Numbered from the stretch's first letter, positions 21,284 through 30,579 are shown. The stretch: DNA of 32,000 bases from Xylella taiwanensis (GCF_013177435.1 NZ_CP053627.1:1140001-1172000), one strand, 5' to 3'. Program-made: numbers and translations. Notes: a model not told the origin generated them from the sequence alone.

Positions 21284-22978
21284 TCACGCTATGGCGGGTT
21301 GTGGGCGTGTACTGTTGGAGTGGTTAGCGGACAGTACCATCTCGGCCAGAGAGTGTGCCATTTCACGCTCGGCCACCACAGTAGCATCGGCGCCGTGTTC
21401 GAGCAGGTGCTTGACCTCGCCGTCGTTGTGTGCTCTCGCGAGTAGGGTTAGCTCTGGATTCAATGCACGCAGCTTTGCCAGTACCTCACCAGCCTCCAGT
21501 GGTTGAGGGATTGCCAGCACTGCGATCTTCGCTCGTTCCGGATGTGCTTCTGCCAATACCCGGTCGGCGGCGGCACTGCCACGGATCGCAGGGATGCCTG
21601 TCGCGTGTGCTTTAAGGACGTGTTCGCCGTTGTCGTCGATCACCAGTACCGGTACATGTCTGCTTTGCAGCAGTTGTGCCAACATGCTGCCAACCCGTCC
21701 ATAGCCAATGACGATGGCATGGTCATACAAGTCTGGGTTGGGGCCCGGCGGTAGCTCAGGTTCAGCCAGAGTCGGTTCGTCGGCTGTTTGTTGTGCTTGC
21801 CAGCGGTCTAGCCAGGAGAATAAGAACGGATTGGCGATGATCGATAACAATGCGCCGGCCAGAATCAGGTCGCGTCCGGTCTCCGGTAGGATTGCCAACT
21901 GTATTCCAAGCCCGGCCAGAATGAATGAGAACTCGCCGATTTGCGCCAAACTGGTAGAAATGGTCAGTGCGGTGCTGGTTGGATGGCCGAATGCGCGTAC
22001 GATCAAGAAAGCCGCGGCCGATTTGCCGATAGTGATGGTTAGAAAAGTGGCAAGCACCTGCCAGGGATGTTCGATCAGGATTGCTGGATTAAACAGCATG
22101 CCGACTGCGACAAAGAACAGCACTGCGAATGCGTCGCGCAATGGCAGTGAATCGGTCGCTGCGGCGTGGCTTGTTTCCGAGCCTTTGAGGACCATCCCGG
22201 CGAAGAAGGCACCTAATGCAAACGATACGCCGAACAGTTTTGCCGAGCCGAACGCCACACCAAGCGCAATACCAAGCACAGCCAGAGTGAACAATTCGCG
22301 TGAGCCGGTTGCGGCCACTTTCTCCAGCGACCATGGGATCACTCGACGCCCGACCACCAGCATGACCGCAACGAAGCCAGCCATCTTCAGTAATGTCCAG
22401 CCGAGTGTGGTGAGCATCGTTCCAGTCTCGCCTGCAACAGATTCGTTGCCGCTGAGTGCTTGTGCCAGTGCTGGTAACAGCACCAGTGCCAGTACCATCA
22501 CTAAGTCCTCAACAATTAACCAGCCCACCGCGATACGCCCGCGCTGAGTGTCGATCAGTCGGCGTTCCTCAAGTGCACGTAGCAGCACCACGGTGCTGGC
22601 AACCGACAATGCCAAGCCGAACACCATACCTTGCACCAGTGGCCAGCCCATGGTCCAAGCCAAGCCCCAGCCAAGCACGGTGGCTGCTGCGATCTGTACC
22701 AGCGCGCCCGGGATTGCAATTGCTTTAACTTCGAGCAAGTCTTCCAGGGAGAAGTGCAATCCCACACCGAACATCAGCAGCATCACGCCCAGTTCAGACA
22801 ACTGGTTGGCAATTTGTTGGTCAGCGACAAAGCCGGGTGTAAATGGACCGACACAGATACCAGCAACGAGATAGCCGACCAGTGGCGAGAGTTTCAGACG
22901 TTGGGCCAGTGTGCCGAGTACGAAAGCCAAGCTGAGGCCGACGGCGATGATGTCGATGAGGCTGGTGTCGTGGTGCAT
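21284..22978 (-). CDS. ybaL: CPA2-family monovalent cation:proton antiporter with C-terminal RCK/TrkA-N domain (YbaL-like)
   Basis: 564 aa. The N-terminus MHHDTSLIDIIAVGLSLAFVLGTLAQRLKLSPLVGYLVAGICVGPFTPGFVAD is nearly collinear with E. coli YbaL as I recall it. There are about 12 TM segments, then a Rossmann motif VIGYGRVGSMLAQLL. Confidence 0.9.
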   Translation of the reverse strand: MHHDTSLIDIIAVGLSLAFVLGTLAQRLKLSPLVGYLVAGICVGPFTPGFVADQQIANQLSELGVMLLMFGVGLHFSLEDLLEVKAIAIPGALVQIAAATVLGWGLAWTMGWPLVQGMVFGLALSVASTVVLLRALEERRLIDTQRGRIAVGWLIVEDLVMVLALVLLPALAQALSGNESVAGETGTMLTTLGWTLLKMAGFVAVMLVVGRRVIPWSLEKVAATGSRELFTLAVLGIALGVAFGSAKLFGVSFALGAFFAGMVLKGSETSHAAATDSLPLRDAFAVLFFVAVGMLFNPAILIEHPWQVLATFLTITIGKSAAAFLIVRAFGHPTSTALTISTSLAQIGEFSFILAGLGIQLAILPETGRDLILAGALLSIIANPFLFSWLDRWQAQQTADEPTLAEPELPPGPNPDLYDHAIVIGYGRVGSMLAQLLQSRHVPVLVIDDNGEHVLKAHATGIPAIRGSAAADRVLAEAHPERAKIAVLAIPQPLEAGEVLAKLRALNPELTLLARAHNDGEVKHLLEHGADATVVAEREMAHSLAEMVLSANHSNSTRPQPAIA

Positions 22979-23150
22979 TCTGTACCTTGTATGTGGAGCG
23001 TCCTTGACATATCAGTAGGCCCAACCGATGCACTTTCCTGGAGTATTGGCGAAAGGCATGAGGGGTTGCTGATATGGCGAAGATGTTGAGCCAAGTCCAT
23101 TCGAGGACGGTTAATGTCCCAAATAGTATACGTCGGAGATCGCAATTGGC

Positions 23151-23560
23151 TTAATTATGTCTTCTAATCAAGACATGGTGATGTATGATGATAGGCGGTG
23201 TTAGGGCCTGGTACCATGATTGCAAGCCATCCGCAATCAGAGTGAAGCAGAAGAAGGCGATGCACATGACATCGGGCTTTTCGCATCTGGAGTAGATGTG
23301 GCGATAGCCCTTGAGCCTTTCGGAACAGCTGCTCGACCTCATCACAGTCCTTGTGCATTTGCGGTCGTATTTATCAAGGCTCGCTGTGCGTGTGTAGCCA
23401 TGGCACGGCGGGCTGTCGGGTCTGGTGGCATGCGTAGGTGCGTTCCATGAGTACGTGCCGGGCGATTCGGCAGCTCGAACTGCTTGAGCAACTGATGACC
23501 TTTCAGTGCATCGTGTGCTTGTCCAAGCGTTAGAAGTTAAGTGAAAGTGCACATATAGTT
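23151..23560 (-). pseudogene. IS5-family transposase, C-terminal relic (third copy; boundaries approximate)
   Basis: Minus-strand fragments in shifting frames: LTLGQAHDALKGHQLLKQF, PAVPW, LDKYDRK / MHKDCDEVEQLF / ERLKGYRHIYSRCEKPDVMCIAFFCFTLIADGL. This is the same family pattern as the relic at 1-204, but the sequence is divergent. Confidence 0.6.
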
Positions 23561-23655
23561 CAGCTGCGAGGAGATGGCGCTTGCTGTTCCACCCATCACG
23601 GGAAGTGTTAACAGGGCCTGGTGGCTCACATCATTCCGAATGCATACTCAATGTT

Positions 23656-23684
23656 CCTGGACCGATGCATGGCACCGGTCCAGG
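23656..23684 (-). terminator. GC-rich hairpin just downstream of the TonB-dependent receptor gene
   Basis: CCTGGACCG-N11-CGGTCCAGG, a perfect 9-bp stem, lies 9 nt after the stop codon. There is no following U-tract, so intrinsic terminator function is uncertain. Confidence 0.3.
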
Positions 23685-23692
23685 GACTGGAT

Positions 23693-26056
23693 TCACCACT
23701 TGTAGCTGATGTTGGCGTAGGCGAATGCTCCGTTGAAGCCAAAAGGTGAAGAACGGTTATAGGGTAAGTAGCTGCGTGTCCCTTGCGCGACGAGATCGCG
23801 GTCTGGATAGGTGTTGGTGACGTTGTCCGCGCCTATCGTGAAATTCCAGTGCTGCAACCTGTAGGACGCCGCAAGATCCAGCGTCCACTTTGGAGCGAAA
23901 GTTTGTTGCACAGGAGCAGTGGTTGGTGTGTTGTAGACAGTGAATTCACCCCAGCGGGTGCCTGTAGCGGTGAACAACCAGTTGCCTATGCTCCAGATTC
24001 CACTGAGAAACGCCTTGTCGCGCGGTGTGCCCTGGGTGATGCGGGTCAGTTCAGCTTGGCTGATGCGTATGGCACTTGAGTCGATCGCTGTTAACCCCGT
24101 CGGGTTGTCGGCTACGTGGGTGACCTCGGTTTTGTTGTAGTTATAACCGAGTGTGATGTCTATGGTGCTGTTACTCAGCGTCCAATGGTAGCTGCCGACT
24201 GCATCCGCCCCAGTCGTCTTGGTGTCGACCGCGTTGGTGAAATAGCGGCCGCCACCGATACCGGCATAACCGTTCGCTTGCAGATAAGTACGTACTGCGG
24301 TTGAAGTCAGGTTCTCGGAAAGTACGATACGGTCGTCGATATTGATGCGGTACGCATCGATCGTGAGATGCAGGTCATCGGCTGGTTGCAGCACTAAACC
24401 CATACTGTAGTTTTTGGATTTCTCTGCTTTCAACGGTTCGGCACCTAGGGCGATTGCGGCTGAGTTGTCGGTACGGAACGTCCCGATTTCATAAGGCACA
24501 CCACCAATGAATTCTGTGGAGATCGACTGGAAAAACTGCTGTTGCAGCGATGGTGCACGGAAGCCGTTGGAAGTAGTAGCGCGTACTGCGACTTTGGGAG
24601 TGAAGGCGTAACGTAGTGACAGTTTGCCCGTAGTGGTGTTGCCGAAGTCGCTGTAATGTTCATAGCGCCCGGCGAGTCCAGCAGATAACTTTTCCGTCAA
24701 GTCCTGTTCCAGATCGATGTATAGCGAATGGCTGTTGCGGTCATAGTGACCGGCATCTGATGGCTTGAAGCCAGAAAATACTTGTGCTCCCGGCAGCAGC
24801 GTGCCGGCATTGGAACGCACTCCACCGTTAATGTAGGACACCTGATCTCCTGCAGATTCGCTGAAATTTTCACCACGCCATTCTGCGCCGAACGCCAAAT
24901 TCAGCGGGTATGCCATCTTTCCCCAATCCAAAGACTTGCTGAAGTCGGCGTTGAGTACATGCTGCGTGATCTGTAGCGCGCCGGCGTAGAATTCGGTGGG
25001 GCTGGTCAGGCCCAGACTGTTGTTGAGGCTGTGTTTGACGTCGAAAGTCAGCTGATTGTTGCCATAGTTGTAGCTCAAGTCGATGTTGAGCCCCCATGCA
25101 GTCGAAGCTTTCAGTCCGCTCACCCAGGAGACGTCCTTGGTGACGTTGTAGATCTGTGGCAGAAAACCTTCGGGATAGATCTCCGGTCGGTTGCGTGGAT
25201 CGTCAGCCCAACGGTAGTAGCCATTGGACAGTACCTCGCGGCGGCTTGCCATGCCGAATGAATAGAAGGTCACACCGTCTGTGGGGCTGTACTGGCCGTT
25301 GTACGAGAACGCCCCCTGATCGATCCTGGGGTCACCGTAGCGTTGCTTGATGATGCCGTTATAGGGCAGGGCGCGATTGGTTTGATCTTGGTGACCGTCT
25401 TGAGCAGCCAAGTGAATTTTTCCTGTGCCTGCGAAGCTCAATCCGGTGTCCCCCGATACCTCGTATTGTTTCCCATCATTGGCTTTGTATTGGCCGTAGT
25501 GACCAGTGATACTGCCACCTTTGCCGGCACCTTTGAGAACGACGTTGATGACACCGGCAATGGCGTCTGAGCCGTACTGTGCTGAGGCGCCATCCCGCAG
25601 CACTTCGATGCGTTCTACTGCAGCAATGGGGATGGTGTTGAGATCAGCAGGTGATGAACCTCGACCTTGGATCTCGTTGAGATTGACCATTGCAGTGGTG
25701 TGGTAGCGCTTGCCGTTTACCAGCACGAGTACTTGGTCTGGAGCCAAGCCACGCAGCTGTGCTGGGCGTACTGCATCGCTACCGTCGCTGATTGCTGGAC
25801 GGGGAAAATTTAGCGATGGCACCGCGCGTGCCAGCGCAGTGGCCAGTTCTGTGGTGCCTGTGGCCTCAAGTGTTTGTGGGGAAATGATGTCAATCGGTGA
25901 GGATGATTCTGCGGCGGTACGGTCGCTGATGCGTGTACCAGTGACGATGAGCGTATCCAGAGTTTTGTTTGAAATGCTTTGTGCTTGTATTGGAAATACG
26001 GTGCAACTGAAGGCGGCCGTGATGGTAAACGCAAGGAAGCGGGACCTGTTTTTCAT
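23693..26056 (-). CDS. TonB-dependent outer-membrane receptor (substrate unknown)
   Basis: 787 aa with signal peptide ..CTVFPIQA/QS and TonB-box-like DTLIVTG. The plug domain carries IEVLRDGASAQYGSDAIAGVINVVLK, followed by a long beta-barrel ending ..FAYANISYKW. Confidence 0.92.
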   Translation of the reverse strand: MKNRSRFLAFTITAAFSCTVFPIQAQSISNKTLDTLIVTGTRISDRTAAESSSPIDIISPQTLEATGTTELATALARAVPSLNFPRPAISDGSDAVRPAQLRGLAPDQVLVLVNGKRYHTTAMVNLNEIQGRGSSPADLNTIPIAAVERIEVLRDGASAQYGSDAIAGVINVVLKGAGKGGSITGHYGQYKANDGKQYEVSGDTGLSFAGTGKIHLAAQDGHQDQTNRALPYNGIIKQRYGDPRIDQGAFSYNGQYSPTDGVTFYSFGMASRREVLSNGYYRWADDPRNRPEIYPEGFLPQIYNVTKDVSWVSGLKASTAWGLNIDLSYNYGNNQLTFDVKHSLNNSLGLTSPTEFYAGALQITQHVLNADFSKSLDWGKMAYPLNLAFGAEWRGENFSESAGDQVSYINGGVRSNAGTLLPGAQVFSGFKPSDAGHYDRNSHSLYIDLEQDLTEKLSAGLAGRYEHYSDFGNTTTGKLSLRYAFTPKVAVRATTSNGFRAPSLQQQFFQSISTEFIGGVPYEIGTFRTDNSAAIALGAEPLKAEKSKNYSMGLVLQPADDLHLTIDAYRINIDDRIVLSENLTSTAVRTYLQANGYAGIGGGRYFTNAVDTKTTGADAVGSYHWTLSNSTIDITLGYNYNKTEVTHVADNPTGLTAIDSSAIRISQAELTRITQGTPRDKAFLSGIWSIGNWLFTATGTRWGEFTVYNTPTTAPVQQTFAPKWTLDLAASYRLQHWNFTIGADNVTNTYPDRDLVAQGTRSYLPYNRSSPFGFNGAFAYANISYKW

Positions 26057-26194
26057 TTGGCAGTGACTCCGGCGGTGAGAGACATGAGAAGGAAAAAAGC
26101 GCCTTCCAGCCAGTTCTTAAGGAGTTCTGGAAATGTATGCGCTGCTAACGAGTAACTCGGATGATTGTTGAATGTCAAATTATTGTTAGTTTGT

Positions 26195-26213
26195 GATTGT
26201 GGTTCTCATTGTT
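26195..26213 (-). promoter_or_regulatory. Weak Fur-box-like sequence upstream of the TonB-dependent receptor
   Basis: GATTGTGGTTCTCATTGTT matches GATAATGATAATCATTATC at 12 of 19 positions by my count. It lies about 140 nt upstream of the receptor ATG in an AT-rich leader. Confidence 0.2.
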
Positions 26214-26617
26214 TCTTGCTACTGAGCCTACATTTAATAAATCTGAATATTCAATTTAAGTAATTGATTTTTATGATTTTTAATGGCGTGCTCTATCATG
26301 TATTTCAGAACACCTGCGGGGCAGGCGCTATCAATCCAGAACTGAAAAAATTAAGAGGTGTTTGTGTCCTGAGGTGTCGATTAATGAGTTTCAAAAGAAG
26401 ACTGTGTCTTTGAAGAGGGGTTGCAATGAGATGTGCAGATTGCCCTTCTGCTGATGGTCTTTAGGCGCATATCTTCATGAACACGTATGACAACCCCTTG
26501 TTTCTCGAGGTTGTACTGTGTCGTTACCACACCGACGTCTCCGGATGGGAGGTGTTACTGGTGCTTGGGTAATGTTCTGGTGTCTATACGTGTTTCTCAT
26601 ATTGAGGAGGTTCAGGT

Positions 26618-26824
26618 ATGTGGGGACGAGTGTTACAGACACTGTCTCAAGAGGCCGCTTATATACACGATGCTCGATTCGACGCTCCTTCCCGTGGTGT
26701 CAAGGAAAAGAATGAGCGAATCGCAGATCGTCAGATATCGCTGTATGAGGCCAATATTCAGCCGGTTATCGATATCTTCGATTGCTTTTTTGGCTTTCAC
26801 CTGACGTCTAAAACGGGTTCGTGA
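26618..26824 (+). CDS. Hypothetical 68-aa protein (orphan)
   Basis: The ATG is preceded by GAGGAGG with a 7-nt spacer. The sequence MWGRVLQTLSQEAAYIHDARFDAPSRGVKEKNERIADRQISLYEANIQPVIDIF.. matches no family I recognise. Confidence 0.25.
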   Translation: MWGRVLQTLSQEAAYIHDARFDAPSRGVKEKNERIADRQISLYEANIQPVIDIFDCFFGFHLTSKTGS

Positions 26825-27162
26825 TAGTGAGTAGGGTGCTCATGCGTTATTGCCAGATCGTGTGGGGAAAGACGTGATTGCTGATAGGGTCGACGATGTG
26901 GACAACAAGCCGATAAACACGTTGCTACGACAACCTTCCCAGGAATGTTGTGATTCCATTTAATACAACCGGCCATGCGTGACTGCGATCGACATATCTA
27001 CAAGGCTTGATGTCCGAATCCGGTGTTTCACAGCTTGCTCGAGTCATAATTTATTGATCAATGTGACGACAGAATCGTTTGCACCTCCTTTCAGAGTGAT
27101 CTGCCGGATGGCAACAATCGCAATCTCTCTTGGATACGGTTGCTGGGATTGGTGGAGATAAA

Positions 27163-27390
27163 GTGCATGTGCAAGGAGCAATGTGCCATGTACCATGTAC
27201 TGTATCGGCTAGGGAAACTCATGGCTTGTACGGCAGTATGTCTTGTGTTTTATGCGGCCTTAAATCAGAAGATTCCAGAATAGGCATCATGCATTGCATC
27301 CATTACAGCTCATCCCCACGATCTGGAGATGGCGTGTGCCTGGTTGAGCTGTGTTTGCCTGTCTACTGGTATTTTCAAGGAGTGCATTGA
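27163..27390 (+). CDS. Hypothetical Cys/His-rich small protein overlapping the dsbA-like start
   Basis: The frame is open from 27130. GTG at 27163 has GGAG 5 nt upstream, and an internal ATG sits at 27181. From that ATG: MCHVPCTVSARETHGLYGSMSCVLCGLKSEDSRIGIMHCIHYSSSPRSGDGVCLVELCLPVYWYFQGVH, with 7 Cys in 69 aa including C-x3-C and C-x2-C. The stop TGA shares one nucleotide with the downstream ATG (TGATG). Confidence 0.25.
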   Translation: MHVQGAMCHVPCTVSARETHGLYGSMSCVLCGLKSEDSRIGIMHCIHYSSSPRSGDGVCLVELCLPVYWYFQGVH

Positions 27391-28061
27391 TGTCGATTCC
27401 TGCTGTTGTGGAGATCGAGATATGGTCGGATGTGATCTGTCCCTGGTGCTGGATCGGTAAACGGCGCTTGGAACGTGCCCTTGGACATTCGCCGATTTTT
27501 CCGCAAATCAGATTGCGCCACCGCGCATTCCGGTTAATGCCGGGACTGGTCCCGCTTCCGGTGATTGAAGTGCTGCAGCAGCGTTATGGTGGTTCGGCGG
27601 CACAGATTTTGGCAATGCAGGCACGTATTGAGGAGATTGCTGCTGCAGAGGGGTTGATCTATCGATTGGCTGATACCCAGGGCGGTGACACACTGCAGGC
27701 ACATCGTTTGCTGTATTTGGCACACATGCAGGGATTACAGGATGTACTTCTGGAGCGCTTATGCAGGGCTTATTTCAGCCAAGGGGAGCCCGTGTTCGAT
27801 GTCGAGACTTTGGTGCCTTTGGCGATTGAAGTTGGATTGGAGCGTGAGGTGGTTGTGGCATTGTTTGCCGGTCAGGATTTCATCGCTGAGATAGAGGATG
27901 ATCAGCGCCGCTTGCAGCGTTACGGTGCCAGCGGAGTGCCGTTCTTCCTGATAGGCGGACATATTGCAGTGAATGGCGCGCAGCCAATAGAAGCGTTCTC
28001 GCATGCATTAGCTCAATTGATCACGGACTCTCCATCGGAACCGGCATCCTCATTGCAATGA
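27390..28061 (+). CDS. DsbA-family (FrnE-like) thiol:disulfide oxidoreductase, no signal peptide
   Basis: The N-terminus MSIPAVVEIEIWSDVICPWCWIGKRRLERAL carries the CPWC active site in the FrnE/DsbA-like context, and GVPFFLI lies near the C-terminus. AAGGAG sits 7 nt upstream of the ATG at 27390; the tracked ORF starts at an upstream GTG. Confidence 0.85.
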   Translation: MSIPAVVEIEIWSDVICPWCWIGKRRLERALGHSPIFPQIRLRHRAFRLMPGLVPLPVIEVLQQRYGGSAAQILAMQARIEEIAAAEGLIYRLADTQGGDTLQAHRLLYLAHMQGLQDVLLERLCRAYFSQGEPVFDVETLVPLAIEVGLEREVVVALFAGQDFIAEIEDDQRRLQRYGASGVPFFLIGGHIAVNGAQPIEAFSHALAQLITDSPSEPASSLQ

Positions 28062-28151
28062 TGGTTGGAGGGCGATGCAATGCTTTAACAGGACGTGACG
28101 GCTTTTGGAAGAGGTATATCATTGCTGTGAAGCGGAGTTTCGAAACGGCGC

Positions 28152-30427
28152 TTACCAGCAGTAACCGATGCGTGCATAGACATAGGTGCCGTTGCAACCG
28201 AATGGTGCGTAGTTGCTGTAAGGCATCTGTCCGTAGATTGAATTGATTGGATTGACGGTTGTATCTGGATAAGCATTAAACAGATTATTTGTACCCAAAG
28301 TCAGGATCCAGTTCTTGTCTGGCCTGTAGCTGGCCGAGGTATCGACCACCCAGCGAGCACCGTAAGTTTGATCGTGTGAGGAGGACGTTGGGTTGCGCAC
28401 AGTAAATGTGCCGTAGCGTGTCGCTGCTAGCATCAGATCCCAATGTGTCAGCTTCCAAGTACCGCTAAGGATCAGCTTATTTTTAGGGAAACTCTCTTCT
28501 AGCCGGCCTATCTCGTCACGTCCAAGGATGGTCTGAGTCGAACCGATGGCGGCTAGTACTGCCGACTGTGTCACTGCTTTGCGGATCTTGCTCTGGATGC
28601 CGCTGTAGCTTGCGGTCATCTCGAGGTGGCTGGCAGCGAACGGAATGGTGTAGGTACTGACCAGATCAATGCCACGGGTGCGCGTGTCGGCGGTGTTTGC
28701 GAAATAGCGAACACTGGTGACGTTGTTATTGCTTTGTTGTTGTAGTGCAGAAGTACGGACGCATCGTTGAGATTGGAGGAAAGCAGGATGCGGTGTTTGA
28801 TGTCGATTTGGTAGGTGTTCAGTGTCAGGTAAAGACGTTCGATCGATTGGAGTACCAGACCCAGGCTATAGGACAATGAGGTTTCAGCCCGCAGGGGGGG
28901 GGGCTGCCCCCAGTACCTGGGCGACGCGATTATTTGTCGGGAACGTGCCTGACTCGTAGAAGTTGCCGTTGCTGTAGGTGCTGGTGACCGCTTGGTAGTG
29001 TTGCTGTGCCAGTGACGGTGCACGAAAGCCGTTGGCGATGGTGGCGCGTAGCGCCACTGTATCAGTCAATGCGTAGCGTGCTGAGAGCTTGCCTGATGTC
29101 TGATTGCCAAAGTCAGAGTAGTTTTCGAAGCGCCCGGCGATTTCTGCAGAGAGGTGCTCGCTAAGATCATCATCCAGTCCGGCATACAGTGCGTAACTAT
29201 TACGGTTGGTATGCACTGTATTCAGTGGTGAGAAACCAGCAAATCCCTGTGCGCCGTCGGTGGTGCCGTTGTACGAGGCGGGAATGCCAGGGGACTGATT
29301 CCACTGCTCACGGTGGTACTAGGTACCGAAGGAGAGTGTGATTAGATCAGTGAAGCCCCAATCCAGCGATTTGGTGAAGTCGGTGTTGACGAGGTGTTGA
29401 ATGTATTCCAGTGCGCCGTCGTAGAAGTCGCGCGGACTATCCACACCCAGGCTGTAGTTGATGCTGTTGGTAGTTTGGAAGCCGATATGATTGCTACCGT
29501 AGTTATAGCTCACGTCCCAGTTCAAGTCGTTCCTGGTGCTGCCCTTCAGTCCGGCGACCAGTGAGCGGTCTTTGGTGTCCTGCTCGATTTCAGGTACGTA
29601 ACCATCCGGATATATCTGGGCCAGTAACATGCTTTGCCCGTTGTGGTTGCGTGAGCATTAGAACGCAAACGAGGTGATGTCACGGTTGCTCACAATGGCG
29701 TTGGCGTAGCCACTCAGATGCTCTCTGAAGCGGAACATACCATTGCCCGAAATGGCAGTGGCGTTTACACGTGGGTCGCCGTAGATGAATGCAGTGCGGC
29801 CGATGCTTGGATAGTTGCCGGTATTGGGTGCGCTACCCTGGTAGGGACCGGCACGATTAGTCTGGTTTTGTTGGCTGAGGCCAGGCTGCCGTCCTGGCTG
29901 GCACCTTTGAGTACGATGTTGATTACTCCGGCGATTGCATCTGAGCCGTATTGTGCTGAGGCACCATCACGCAGCACCTCTACGCGATCAATCGCTGTGA
30001 TCGGAATCGCGTTCAGACCAGCTGCTGAAGTACCGCGCCCGATGGTGCCGTTGACGTTGATCTGCGCGGAGAGGTGGCGGCGTTTGTCGTTGACCAGCAC
30101 CAGTGTTTGATCCGGGGCGAGTCCACGCATCTGTACCGGACGGATACCGGAGGTGCCATCTGTTAATGCTGGGTGCGGGAAGTTAAATGAGGGCAGGGTG
30201 CGGGACAGTGCGGTCCCCAGTTCCGAACTCCCGGTGGCGGCTAGGTCTGCAGCGCTGATAATGTCGATCGGCGATTGAGATTCGGCCGCAGTACGCTGAG
30301 TGACGTGGGTGCCGGTGACGATCACCGTGGCCAGTGTTGCAGGTGCCATGGTTTCCTGGCTGAAAGCAGGAGAGGCGATGAGGACGCTGGCTAAGATCGC
30401 CACCGCCAGAGATAGAAACGGGTTCAT
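28152..30427 (-). pseudogene. TonB-dependent receptor, paralog of 23693-26056, inactivated by several frameshifts and two in-frame stops
   Basis: Five tracked ORF pieces (29765-30502, 29319-29630, 28884-29216, 28616-29023, 28152-28619) tile the full length of the intact paralog in order. They run from signal peptide MNPFLSLAVAILASVLIASPAFS/QE and plug VEVLRDGASAQYGSDAIAGVINIVLK to the C-terminus ..YVYARIGYCW. The lesions are listed in the findings. Confidence 0.9.
28894..28903. repeat. Homopolymer tract G10 (C10 on the coding strand) inside the receptor pseudogene
   Basis: Counted directly: gca-GGGGGGGGGG-ctgccccc. It is the longest homopolymer I saw in the window. Confidence 0.95.
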
Positions 30428-30579
30428 CGCAACCTTCAATATGATGTTGTACTTGGTGGTGGAACGACAGCGCTGCGGTCTTGAGCTGTGTTCCGAACCC
30501 AAAGCATCATAACGTTAAATAAAATGGCATCCCAGAATGGCTGTTTATCCGAGCTGTTTCTCTATCAAAGGAAAGCTGC

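Noticed and set aside
21708-22547. 279-aa plus-strand ORF antisense to the YbaL-like antiporter gene
   Set aside because: The same shadow-ORF signature applies: Ser/Ala/Pro-rich with no motifs. The opposite strand has full-length homology to YbaL.
26057-26130. Possible cobalamin or other riboswitch in the receptor 5' leader
   Set aside because: I could not find a B12-box-like core or any conserved riboswitch core by eye. The receptor is much larger than BtuB. This needs an Infernal scan to exclude formally.
28616-29023. 135-aa ORF inside the receptor pseudogene as an independent gene
   Set aside because: Its middle (LRAETSLSYSLGLVLQS...NLNDASV) is simply the receptor frame. Both ends are out-of-frame read-through created by the poly-C and 28,75x frameshifts.
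29718-30110. 130-aa plus-strand ORF opposite the receptor pseudogene plug domain
   Set aside because: It is antisense to a strongly conserved plug-domain coding sequence and has no motifs.
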